The notes beneath the pieces were generated by a model, which was given only the letters and a program-made list of their open reading frames with translations, did no database searches and had not been told where the DNA came from. The position numbers and the translations under genes are program-made. DNA of 64,000 nt from Paramoeba atlantica (taxonomy: Eukaryota; Protista; Discosea), in assembly GCA_977017575.1 (NCBI GenBank), contig CDRNVI010000173.1, positions 1 to 64,000 on the forward strand. The letters are read 5' to 3'. Positions 1 through 12,006 of this stretch are shown here, piece after piece; position 1 is the first letter of the stretch; each line of letters starts with the position of its first letter.

Positions 1-494
1 GAAGAGATTAAATTTGAAGAAAGAAGAACATCAATCGTTTCTGGAATCAAATAATTCATCGAAAGTGCTTCAACGCTTTCACATTCGTTCATTTCTCGAC
101 AAACTGGACATTTCACTCCTTTCAAAGAAGAAAAAGAAGAGGAAGAAGAGGGAGAGGAAGAAGAAGAAGAGGAAGGATTTTGAAGAAGAAAGAGTTTGTT
201 GAGACAAAGAGAACAAAAAGAAAGACCACAACAAGGTAACAACCTTGGTTCTTTTTCCCAACTCATCAGCTCCAAACATATTCCACATTCAAATCTTTTC
301 TTTTTCTCTTCTTCTTCCTTTCTCCTTCTTTTCATCACCTCTTCTTCTCTTTCTCTCTCTTCTCCTTCTTCACTTTGTTGTTCTCTCTTTCCAAGAACAT
401 CCTCATTTCTTCTTTCTCTTTCTTCTTTTTCATCATCATCTTCCAATTCTGTTTCTCCCCCTCCTCTCTTTCTCTTTCCTCTTTTTTCACTCAT
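1..494 (-). CDS. TRIM-NHL paralog copy 0, exon 1 only (basic N-terminus + RING); continues off the window start
   Basis: ATG at 494 on the minus strand (MSEKRGKRKR...). The reverse complement encodes FECGICLELMSWEKEPRLLPCC, poly-Ser, VKCPV and SSNLIS, in the same layout as the other copies. Confidence 0.85.
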   Translation of the reverse strand, partial: MSEKRGKRKRGGGETELEDDDEKEERERRNEDVLGKREQQSEEGEEREREEEVMKRRRKEEEEKKKRFECGICLELMSWEKEPRLLPCCGLSFCSLCLNKLFLLQNPSSSSSSSPSSSSSFSSLKGVKCPVCREMNECESVEALSMNYLIPETIDVLLSSNLIS

Positions 495-860
495 TTTTTG
501 TCTCTCTCTGTGTGGGGAAAAGAGATCAATCAAACAAGAAGAAGAAGAAGAAAAGGGAGTTTAAAAATAGGTGGATGAACCAAAAGAAAAGAAAAGAAAA
601 GAAAAATACAAACATCTCTCAAAAAGACAGGAAAGGACAAAATGGAGGAGAGAGAGGGACGCAAAATCTATGACAACTATCCAAAGACGTCCAATTTTTT
701 CTTGGGTTGTGAAAAAAACAAGAGAGAAGAGAAAGAGAGAGAGAGAAGAAGAAGACTGAGAAGAGGAAGGGATTGAGAAGAAAAGAAAGAGACAGAGAGA
801 GAAAGGTCCCAAACGAAGACACAGAAGTGAGAGAAACAAAAAAGAAAAAAAAAAAGAAGT

Positions 861-904
861 TTTTTTCAGAGGTTTAAACAGTTTTGAATCGTCTTTTCGG
901 GCCC
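861..904 (-). promoter_or_regulatory. Conserved ~44-bp spacer element, copy 1 of 10
   Basis: TTTTTTCAGAGGTTTAAACAGTTTTGAATCGTCTTTTCGGGCCC, between divergent copies 0 and 1. Regulatory function is inferred. Confidence 0.55.
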
Positions 905-1571
905 TTTCTTTTTTCTTCCAGGTTTTTTCTGTTTCCTTTTCTTCCCTCTCTCTCTCGTTTTTCGTTTGGACCTCTTTAGTTGCCTGTGTCTTCGTTTTGG
1001 ACCTTTCTCTCTCTCTCTCTCTCCTTTTTCCCAAGAAGATTCTCTCTTCTCTTCTCTTTTTTTTTCAGACTCTTTTACTCAAAGTCTCCGCCTCCTCTCT
1101 TCCCTCTTGCTAAAAGAAGAAGAGTTTCTTCTCTTCTTCTTCTTTCTTCAACTTTGATCTTGTACCTTCTGAAGTGTTTTTCTTTTCTGTTTTTTGTCTC
1201 AATTTGAAAAAAAAAGTGGCAGAAAAAGCTCTCTCTCTCTCTCTTCTCTCTCTCTCTTCTCTCTCTTTGATTGGGAATTGGTTTTCTCCATTGTTCCCAC
1301 TTCATTTTTGTGTTTTGTTTTGGCAGCAGTCTCTCTCTCTTCTCTCTTTGTGCGTGGGATAGTTTTGGTTCAATTTTTTCTTTTTTTCCCTTTTTTTCTT
1401 TTTCCTTTTTCCCTATTTCTTTTTGAGGTGTTTTGTTTGTTCTTTTGTCTTTTGTTTTTTTGAAAAATGTTTGTTTTTTTCTTCTCTTTTCTTTTAAAAA
1501 TTGTTCATTGTTGCTTTTTCTTCTTTTTTTGTTGTTGATTGATCTTTTTTCCCACACAGAGAGACAAAAAA

Positions 1572-3821
1572 ATGAGCGAAAATAGAGGAAAGAGAAAGAG
1601 AGGAGAATCAGAATTAGAAACTGAGAAAAAGAGAAAAACCAAAAGAGGAAAGAAAGAGAAAGAAGATCAAACAACAGAGTGTGATGATGTTGTTATAATT
1701 GAAGAAGAAGATGATGATGATGATGAAAGAGAAAGAAGAAGTGAGGAGGTTCTTGGAAAGAGAGAACAACAAAATGAAGAAGGAGAAGAGAGAGAAAGAG
1801 AAGAAGAGGTGATGAAGAGAAGAAGAAAGGAAGAAGAAGAGAAAAAGAAAAGATTTGAATGTGGAATATGTTTGGAGCTGATGAGTTGGGAAAAAGAACC
1901 AAGGTTGTTACCTTGTTGTGCTCTTTCTTTTTGTTCTCTTTGTCTCAACAAACTCTTTCTTCTTCAAAATCCTTCTTCCTCCTCTTCCTCTTCTTCTTTC
2001 TCATATCTTTCTTCCTCTTCCTCTTCCTCTTCTTCTTCTATGAGAGGAGTGAAATGTCCAGTTTGTCGAGAAATGAACGAATGTGAAAGCGTTGAAACAC
2101 TTTCAATGAATTATTTGATTCCAGAAACGATTGATGTTCTTCTTTCTTCAAATTTGATCTCTTTCTCCAATCAATCAGGTTTTTTCTCCATTTTTTTGAA
2201 CTCTCACTTTCTTTCTTTCTTTCCTCTTTTTTTTGAAAGAAAGCTATTTCAAATTGTTGAAAAACATATTTTTTGAACAGGAGATGGTGGATCAGAATGT
2301 GTGAATTTCGAAACGTGTGGAGAACGAACTCAAATGTATTGTTCTGATTGTAAAATGTTTATTTGTGATTCTTGTGATCCATCTCACACTTCAACTATTT
2401 TCACTCAAAATCACAAACGATCTGAAAGAGACGGTGTTGAGGGAGGTGGAAGAAGAAGAAGATTGGAAGAGGAGGGGGTGATGGGAGTGATGGGATTGGA
2501 GAATTTGAAGAAGAGAGAATGTTCAAAACACCCATCTGAAACAATTTGTGGATATTGTTTTCAATGTTCTTCTTTTGTTTGTACTCGTTGTATTCTTGAA
2601 ACACATGATGATCATAATGAGAAAGTGAAATCAATTGAAGAAAGTATTTTGGAGAAGAGGGATGAAGTTGTAAAGATTGGAGATAAATTGGAGAGAAGAT
2701 TGATTTTGATTGAGAGGAAAAGAAAAAGAATTGAAAAAGAAATGAAAGAATTAGAAGAGAAATTAGAAAAGAAAAGAATTGAAAAGAAAGAAATAGAATT
2801 GGAGAAAGAAGATTTGAGAATCAGAAAAGATTCAATTATTCGTTTATCCAACACACCAACAACAACAACAACAACAACTGATTGTGATGTTTCTCTCTTT
2901 TTTGATGATCAACTTTTTTCAACTCTTCTTCAAACTGCAAATGATATTGTTTCTGAAGGAGGTGTTGTTGATTTACCAAAACCAAAGAAAGGAGTGATTT
3001 GTTGTGATGATTCTTTTCGTTTTGTTTCTTCTTTTCCTTTGAAGAATTATCCTTATGGAGTGAGTGTGAACAGTGATGGGAATATATTTATTTGTGAAGG
3101 GTTGGTGAGTGGATTGAAAGTGAGAGATAAAGAAGGAAATGAGATGATTGAATCAACAATTCAGAAAACAATTGATTCACTTCAGTTGGAACCTGTTGAT
3201 GTTTCAATTGGATTGAATGATCAAATTGTTGTTCTTGATTATTCTCAAGATTCTCAGAGAGTTGTAATCTTAAACAAAGAAGGAGAATTGATCAAATCTT
3301 TTGGATCAAAAGGTTCTCAAGATGGTCAGTTTTATGAACCACATGGTGTGGATGTAGATGAAGAAGGTAGAATTATTGTTGTTGACTCTGGAAATGATCG
3401 AATTCAAGTGTTTGATAATGATGGATCTTTTCTTCGTTCTTTTGGTTCAAAAGGTTCTTCTGAAAGTCAATTTAATGAACCAAACAGTGTTGTAGTTGAT
3501 AGAGATGGGAATATTGTTGTTTGTGATACTTGGAATCATCGGATTCAAGTGATGGATATTGAAGGGAATTTTATTCGATTTCTTGGAGGTTCAGGTGATT
3601 CTCAATTCGATTGTCCAAAAGGTGTTGATGTGGATGGGGAAGGTAGAATTGTTGTTTGTGATTCAGAAAATGAAAGAGTGAGTGTGTTTGAGAAAGATGG
3701 AACATTTCTTTTTTCGTTTGGTGAAGATCGCATGAATTATCCTTCTGGGGTTGTTGTTGATTCATTTGGAACAATTATTGTTTCAGATTTTGACAATAAG
3801 TCAATTGAGTTGTGGAAATAA
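1572..3821 (+). CDS. TRIM-NHL paralog copy 1 (RING-Bbox1-Bbox2-coiled coil-6xNHL), ~715 aa
   Basis: Exons 1572-2178 and 2281-3821, with a 102-nt phase-1 GT..AG intron that restores frame. B-box1 CVNFETC..CSDC..CDSC..H..H, B-box2 CSKH..CFQC..CTRC..HDDH, six NHL repeats. Confidence 0.92.
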
Positions 3822-4653
3822 TTTTGAAGAGAGGAGGAGGAAGGTTTTTTTTTTTCATTTTCTTTTCTCTTTATTTTGTTTTCATTTAACATGAGAAGTG
3901 TGGAGGTGTTTTTTTGTTTATTTTTTTATTTTTGTTTTTTTTATTTTTCTTTTTTTCTTTTTTCTTTTTGATTTGTTTATTTTTTGTGTCAATTTATTTT
4001 TGTTCTTTTTGTTTTCCCTTTTTTCTTGTTTTTGGAAGAAATTAATTTCTCTTTACCCTTCCTCTCCTCCTTTCCTCCTTTTAGTCTTGAGAACTGCACG
4101 GTCTTCTTCTTTCCAAATCAGCATTCTTCTCAATTTCGATTCGATTTTTATCCTTCTTCAAAAATTTTTCTCAATTTTTGCTTCTCCTCAAACTTTCTTC
4201 CTCTTTTTTTTAAAAAACGTTGAAGTCTAGAATGTTCCACAGAATATTCCCATGACAAAACAATGAATCCGAAAATCACTTTTCTGAATCGCCGAACAAC
4301 TTTCTGAGAAAATTTCCTTCGCCGAAATCCCGATCAAAACCGGATAATAAATCATTCTCATTTTTCCCAGCCCATTTGGTCTCGAGGAATTAACGAAAAA
4401 TTTCTTTTTTTTTTGTTTTCTTCGTTTGTTGAGATTTTTTTGTTCTTTTTTTGGTCTTCTCCCTTCTTTTTTTGTTTCCTTTTGTTCTTTTTGTTGAAGA
4501 AAGAAGAAAGAAAGAAAGAGATGAGAAACACACAAAGGGAGTGAGAAAAAAAAAAATCGGGAAAAATGAAAAAAGAAAAAGAAAAGAAGAAAAAGAAAAA
4601 TTCGAACCAAAACCACACAAAGGAAACAGAAAGTGAGAAAAAGAAAAAAGAAA

Positions 4654-4697
4654 GGGTCCGAAAAGACGATTCAAAACTTTTTAAACCTCTGAAAAAA
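4654..4697 (+). promoter_or_regulatory. Conserved ~44-bp spacer element, copy 2 of 10
   Basis: GGGTCCGAAAAGACGATTCAAAACTTTTTAAACCTCTGAAAAAA, upstream of copy 2. Confidence 0.55.
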
Positions 4698-5378
4698 ATA
4701 TCACAAAAACACACCAAAAACTTTTACTTTTTCGTTTTTCCCTCTCCTCTCTTCTCTCTCTCTTCTCTTCTCTTCTCTCTCTTTTCTCTCTCTCATTCAT
4801 TTGGGCTCTCTTTACCTTGTTTTGGGCTCTCTCTCTCCTTTCATTTTGGGGATTTTTCGTGTCACCATCTTTGCAATTTCTTCTTCTCTTTTGGAATCTC
4901 TTTCTTCTTCTCTTTTGGATCTCTCCTCTCTCCTTTTTTTCGTTTGTTTGGAGATCTCTTTCTTTCTCTTGGTGTTTCATATTTTGGAGCCTTTTTGGGT
5001 TATATTGTTTTTGTCTCTTTTCTTCTTTTCTCTTCACTTGCAAAAGAAGAAAAGCTTTCGTGACTTTTTGGGAGATGTTTGTATTTTTACTTTTCTTTCT
5101 TTTTTCTCCTTCCCATTTTTGAAAAAATTGGTAGAACCTCTTTCTCTCTCTCTCTCTTCTTTCTCTCTCTCTCTGTAGGACATTCTCTAAGAATTGGTTC
5201 TCTCTCCATTGTTCCTCTTTGTATTTCTTTTGTTTTGGGGGGGGGAGTACCAGTCTCTTTTGTGTGTGTGATAGTTTTTTGGTTTGATTTTTTCTTTTTT
5301 TCCTTTTTATTTCTTATTTTTTGTTGTATTGATTGATTTCTTTTTCCCACACACAGAGAAGAAGAGAAGAGAGACAAA

Positions 5379-7606
5379 ATGAGTGAAAAAAGAGGAAAGA
5401 GAAAAAGAGAAAGAGAAACAGAATTAGAAACTGAGAAAAAGAGAAAAACCAAAGGAGGAAAGAAAGAGAAAGAAGAAGAAGATGTTGTTGTTGAAATTGA
5501 AGATGACAATGATGAAAAAGAACAAAGGGAAAGAAGAAATGAGGATGTTCTTGGAAAGAGAGAACAACAAGCGGGACAAAATGAAGGAGAAGAAGGAGAA
5601 AGAGAAAGAGAAGAAGTGGTGATGAAAAGAAGAAGAAAGGAAGAAGAAGAGAAAAAGAAAAGATTTGAATGTGGAATATGTTTGGAATTGATGAATTGGG
5701 AAAAAGAACCAAGGTTGTTACCTTGTTGTGCTCTTTCTTTTTGTTCTCTTTGCCTCAACAAACTCTTTCTTCTTCAAAATCCTTCTTCTTCTTCTCCTTC
5801 TTCCTCTTCTTCTTCTTCTTCTTGTTCCTCTTTGAAAGGAGTGAAATGTCCAGTTTGTAGAGAAATGAACAAATGTGGAGCGATTGAAACACTTTCGATG
5901 AATTATTTGATTCCAGAAACGATTGATGTTCTTCTTTCTTCAAATTTGATTTCTTTCTCCCACCAAACAGGTTTTCTTTCTGTTTTTTGAGAGAAAGTTA
6001 TTTCAAAATTGAAAAAACATGTTTTTTGAAAAACAAAACAACAGGAGATGGTGGATCAGAATGTGTGAATTTCGAAACGTGTGGAGAACAAACTCGAATG
6101 TATTGTTCCCAATGCAACATGTTTATTTGTGATTCTTGTGATCCATCTCACACTTCTTCTCTTTTCACTCAAAATCACAAACGATCTGAAAGAGATGGTG
6201 TTGAGGGAAGAGGTGGAAGAAGAAGAAGATTGGAAGAGGAGGGAGGGGTGGTGGGAGTGATGGGATTGGAGAATTTGAAGAAGAGAGGATGTTCAAAACA
6301 CCCATCTGAAACAATTTGGGGATATTGTTTTCAATGTTCTTCTTTTGTTTGTGGTTGTTGTATTCTTGAAACACATGATGATCATAGAAAGAAAGTGAAA
6401 TCGATTGAAGAAAGTATTTTGGAGAAGAGAAAGGAAGTTGTAAAGATTGGAGATAAATTGGAGAAAAGATTGATTTTGATTGAAGAAGAAAGAAAAAAGA
6501 TTGAAAAAGAAATGAAAGAATTAGAAGAGAAATTAGAAAAGAAAAGAATTGAAAAGAAAGAAATAGAATTAGAGAAAGAAGATTTGAGAATAAGAAAAGA
6601 TTCAATTATTCGTTTATCCAACACACCAACAACAACAACAACAACAACAACTGATTGTGATGTTTCTCTCTTTTTTGATGATCAACTTTTTTCAACTCTT
6701 CTTCAAACTGCAAATGATATTGTTTTTGAAGGAGGTGTTGTTGGATTACTCAAACCAAAGAAAGGAGTGATTTGTTGTGATGGTGGTGGTGATTCTTTTC
6801 GTTTTGTTTCTTCTTTTCCTTTGGAGAATGTATCTTGTGGAGTGAGTGTGAATAGTGATGGGAATATTTTTATTTGTGAAGATGAGGGTGGATTGAGAGT
6901 GATAGATAAAGAAGGAAATGAGATGATTGAATCAACAATTCAGAAAACAATTGATTCACTTTATTTGGATCCTGTTGATGTTTCAATTGGATTGAATGAT
7001 CAAATTGTTGTTCTTGATTGTTCTCAAGATTCTCGTAGAGTTGTAATATTAAACAAAGAAGGAGAATTGATCAAATCTTTTGGATCTAATGGTTCTGAAG
7101 ATGGTCAGTTTAATAGTTCGTGTGGTGTGGATGTAGATGAAGAAGGTAGAATTATTGTTGCTGATACTTTGAATCATCGAATTCAAGTGTTTGATAATGA
7201 TGGATCTTTTCTTCATTCTTTTGGTTCAGAAGGTTCTTCTGAAAGTCAATTGAATGAACCTCACGGTGTTGTAGTTGATAGAGATGGGAATATTGTTATT
7301 TGTGATACTTGGAATCATCGAATTCAAGTGATGGATATTGAAGGGAATTTTATTCGATGTTTTGGAACAAAAGGTTCAGGTGATTCTCAATTGAACGAGC
7401 CAGAAGGTGTTGATGTTGATGGGGAAGGTAGAATTGTTGTTTGTGATTCAGGAAATGGAAGAGTGAGTGTGTTTGAGAAAGGTGGAACATTTCTTTTTTC
7501 GTTTGGTAAACCTCATGTGGTGAATCCTCTTGGGGTTGTTGTTGATTCATTTGGAACAATTATTGTTTCAGATTATGAGAAAAAGTCAATTGAATTTTGG
7601 AAATAA
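5379..7606 (+). CDS. TRIM-NHL paralog copy 2, ~717 aa
   Basis: Exons 5379-5970 and 6045-7606 (74-nt phase-1 intron); all domains intact. Confidence 0.92.
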
Positions 7607-8940
7607 TTTTGAAGAGAGAGAGGTTTTTTTTTATTTATTATTTTTCATTTTTCTTCCTTTTTGATTTTGATTTGTTTATTTTATTTTTCTTGTTTGTATT
7701 TTTCTTTTTTCCATCTTGTTATTTTGAGATGTGCGTTTTGTTTTGTTTCTCTGTTGTTGTTTGTGAAAAACAAAACGAAAAAATGATTTTGGTTTCTTAA
7801 TTTTTTCTTTTTCTCTTATTTTGACAAATTTGTGTTTTTTTTTGTTTTTTTAAGTTTTTTTCTTTTGAAATTGGATGAGATCAACAAAAATGATCTTTCA
7901 AAAATATTTTTGTTCTTTTCAAAATGGTTCTCATTTTGAGTATTTTTGTTATTTTTTCATTTAGTATCGATTTATTAACACCTTCTCTTTCTCTTACCTC
8001 TCCCTTCCTCCGTCTTTTCTCTTTCCTTCCCTCCCTTTTCCTTTCTTTTAGTCTCTGGTGCACAATTGTTGGGGTGTTCTTGTTTCCAATTTTTCGCTTC
8101 GATTTTATTCTCCTTCTCAAACTTTTTTCGAAAAAGGTTATGATTAGACCAAGAATGACTCTCTCTTTCTCCTCTTATCTCTTTCTTTCTTCTTCTCTTC
8201 TTTCTTTTCTTTTCTTTCTTCATCTCTCAATTTTGTTGTTTCTTTTTGTTTTTGATGTTGGGGGGGGAATTTTCTCAATTTCTTTTTGGAATTACTATTT
8301 CTCAATTTTTTCCAAAAAATTGTGTTTCTTGAAAGAGTGTTGTTGAGTTTGGGTATTATTTATTCAACCAACAAAAAGGTGAATCAACAAAAAGAACAAC
8401 AAAACAAAAAAGAAGTTACAAAAAAAAGAAGAAACAAAAATCTCAACAAAAAGACAGGGCAACACAAAAAGAATCATTTCTTTTTAACAACAACAAAATT
8501 TGAAGAAAACAAAAAAAGAAAAATTAAATCAAAAAAGAGAAGAGGAAGAGAAGAGAGAGAACTTTCACAAAAACACAAAACACACACAACAACAAGAAAA
8601 CACAAAAATGAAGAGGAGAAACAAAATCAAGAAAAGTGTTTTTGAAGAAGAAGGATAAAAAATTGAAGAAGAAGAATGATGACGATTTGGGGGGAAGAAG
8701 AAGACCACATCACACCACAACAGAGACTAAAAAGGAGAAAAGGGAGGAGGGGAGGAAGGGAAGGAAGGGGGAAAAGAGAAGAGAAGAGAAAAAAATATTA
8801 ATTTCTTGTTTTTAATTTTCTTCAAACAAAAAAGGAAACAAAAATAAAAAATAGAGAAAAAATGATCCAAAATAATAAAATAAAACAAATCAAAATCAAA
8901 AAAGAGAAAAAAAAGAGAAAGAAAAAACCTCCATCTCTTT

Positions 8941-11186
8941 TCAAAATGATTTCCACAATTCAATTGAATTTTTCACATAATCAGAAACAATAATTGTTCC
9001 AAATGAATCAATAACAACCCCATAAGGATCTTCCATGTGAGGTTTACCAAATGAAAAAAGAAATGTTCCATCTTTCTCAAACACACTCATTCTTCCATTT
9101 CCTCCATCACAAACAACAATTCTACCTTCCCCATCCACATCAACACCTCCTGGAGAGTTCAATTGAGAATCACCTGAACCTTCTGTTCCAAAACATCGAA
9201 TAAAATTCCCTTCAATATCCATCACTTGAATCCGATGATTTTTACAATCACAAATAACAATATTCCCATCTCTATCAACTACAACACTCTGAGGTACATT
9301 AAATTGACCATCAGAAGAACCTTTTGAACCAAAAGAACGAAGAAAAGATCCATCATTATCAAACACTTGAATTCGATGATTGTAAGTATCAGCAACAATA
9401 ATTCTACCTTCTTCATCTACATCCACACCACATGGGATATAAAACTGACCATCTTCAGAACCATTTGATCCAAAATAATTGAGCAATTCTCCTTCTTTGT
9501 TTAATATTACAACTCCATAAGAACCTTGAGAACAATCAAGAACAACAATTTGATCATTCAATCCAATTGAAACATCAACAGGTTCCAATTGAAGTGAATC
9601 AATTGTTTTCTGAATTGTTGATTCAATCATCTCATTTCCTTCTTTATCTCTTACTTCCAATCCACCATCCTCTTCGCAAATAAAAATATTCCCATCACTG
9701 TTCACATTCACTCCCAAAGTTCCATTCTTCAAAGGAAAAGAAGAAACAAAACGAAAAGAATCACCACCACCATCACAACAAATCACTCCTTTCTTTGGTT
9801 TGAGTAATCCATCAACAACACCTCCTTCAGAAACAATATCATTTGCAGTTTGAAGAAGAGTTGAAAAAAGTTGATCATCAAAAAAGAGAGAAACATCACA
9901 ATCAGTTGTTGTTGTTGTTGTTGGTGTGTTGGATAAACGAATAATTGAATCTTTTCTTATTCTCAAATCTTCTTTCTCTAATTCTATTTCTTTCTTTTCA
10001 ATTCTTTTCTTTTCTAATTTCTCTTCTAATTCTTTCATTTCTTTTTCAATTCTTTTTCTTTCTTTTTCAATCAAAATCAATCTTTTCTCCAATCTATCTC
10101 CAATCTTTACAACTTCATTCCTTTTCTCCAAAATACTTTCTTCAATCGATTTCACTTTCTTATTGTGTTGCACGTGTGTTTGAAGAATACAACAAACACA
10201 AACAAAAGAAGAACATTGAAAACAATATCCACAGATTGTTTCAGATGGGTGTTTTGAACATTCTCTCTTCTTCAAATTCTCCAATCCCATCACTCCCATC
10301 ACCACCACCCCCTCCTCTTCCAATCTTCTTCTTCTTCCACCTCCCTCAACACCATCTCTTTCAGATCGTTTGTGATTTCGAGTGAAAATAGAAGAAGTGT
10401 GAGATGGATCACAAGAATCACAAATAAACATGTTGCATTGGGAACAATACATTTGAGTTTGTTCTCCACATGTTTCGAAATTCGCACATTCTGATCCACC
10501 ATCTCCTGTTGTTTTGTTTTTCAAAAAACATGTTTTTTCAATTTTTAAATAACTTTCTCACAATAAAAAGAAGAAAGAAAACCTGGTTGGTGGGAGAAAG
10601 AAATCAAATTTGAAGAAAGAAGAACATCAATCGTTTCTGGAATCAAATAATTCATCGAAAGTGTTTCAATCGCTTCACATTTGTTCACTTCTCTACAAAC
10701 TGGACATTTCACTCCTTTCAAAGAGGAACAAGAAGAAGAAGAGGAAGAGGAAGAAGGAGAAGAGGAAGAAGGATTTTGAAGAAGAAAGAGTTTGTTGAGA
10801 CAAAGAGTACAAAAAGAAAGACCACAACAAGGTAACAACCTTGGTTCTTTTTCCCAACTCATCAATTCCAAACATATTCCACATTCAAATCTTTTCTTTT
10901 TCTCTTCTTCTTCTTTTCTTCTTCTTTTCATCACCTTTTCTTTTCTTTCTCTTTCTCTTTCTTCCTCTCCTTCTCCTTCATTTTGTCCCACTTGTTGTTC
11001 TCTCTTTCCAAGAACATCCTCATTTCTTCTTTTTCTTTCTTCTTTTTCATCATCTTCTTCTTCTTCAATTACAACAACAACATCAACATCATTTTCTTTC
11101 TCTTTTTTTCCTCTTTTGGTTTTTCTCTTTTTCTCAGTTTCTAATTCTGATTCTCCTCTCTTTCTCTTTCCTCTATTTTCGCTCAT
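8941..11186 (-). CDS. TRIM-NHL paralog copy 3, ~722 aa
   Basis: Exons 11186-10583 and 10505-8941 (77-nt phase-1 intron); all domains intact. Confidence 0.92.
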
Positions 11187-11962
11187 TTTTTTGTCTCTCT
11201 GTGTGGGGAAAAGAGATCAATCAACAATAAAAAAAGAAGAAAAAGCAACAATGAACAATTTTTAAAAGAAAAGAGAAGAAAAAAACAAACATTTTTCAAA
11301 AAAACAAAAGACAAAAGTACAAACAAAACACCTCAAAAAGAAATAGGGAAAAATGAAAAAGAAAAAAAGGAAAAAAAAGAAAAAATTGAACCAAAACTAT
11401 CCCACGCACAAAGAGAGAAGAGAGAGAGAGACTGCTGCCAAAACAAAACACAAAAATGAAGTGAGGAACAATGGAGAAAACCAATTCCCAATCAAAGAGA
11501 GAGAAGAGAGAGAGAGAAGAGAGAGAGAGAGAGCTTTTTCTGCCACTTTTTTTTTTTCAAATTGAGACAAAAAACAGAAAAGAAAAACACTTCAGAAGGT
11601 ACAAGATCAAAGTTGAAGAAAGAAGAAGAAGAGAAGAAACTCTTCTTCTTTTAGCAAGAGGGAAGAGAGGAGGCGGAGACTTTGAGTAAAAGAGTCTGAA
11701 AAAAAAAGAGAAGAGAGAATCTTCTTGGGAAAAAGGAGAGAGAGAGAAAGAGAAAGGTCCAAAACGAAGACACAGGCAACTAAAGAGGTACAAACAAAAA
11801 GGAGAGAGAGGGAAGAAAAGGAAACAGAAAAAACACAAAAGAAAAAAGAAAGGGTCCAAACGAGAGGAGGAAGAGAAGAGAGAAGAAAGAGACAGAGAGA
11901 GAAAGGTCCCAAACGAAGACACAGAAGAGAGAGAGAGGAAAAACAAAAAACAAAAAAAAAGG

Positions 11963-12006
11963 TTTTTTCAGATGTTTAAAAAGTTTTGAATCGTCTTTTC
12001 AGACCC
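11963..12006 (-). promoter_or_regulatory. Conserved ~44-bp spacer element, copy 3 of 10
   Basis: TTTTTTCAGATGTTTAAAAAGTTTTGAATCGTCTTTTCAGACCC, between divergent copies 3 and 4. Confidence 0.55.

Noticed and set aside
561-1500. Numerous Phe/Leu/Ser-rich or Lys/Arg/Glu-rich ORFs in the spacers
   Set aside because: They are translations of CT/GA microsatellite DNA that is depleted of stop codons. Frames are not conserved between homologous spacers.
2612-2854. Recurrent 80-aa antisense ORF MLDKRIIESFLILKSS... (and the MLRQREQKER..., MWNMFG..., MKKEEHQSF... families)
   Set aside because: They recur only because they are antisense or off-frame shadows of the conserved coiled-coil and RING exons. 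They have no independent coding signal.
1572-3821. Assigning a specific ortholog name (TRIM71/LIN-41, TRIM2/3, TRIM32, Brat) or an RNA-binding function
   Set aside because: Domain order is shared, but there is no filamin domain, the RING is atypical and the variable face is not consistently basic. Orthology and ligand class cannot be supported without phylogeny and assays.
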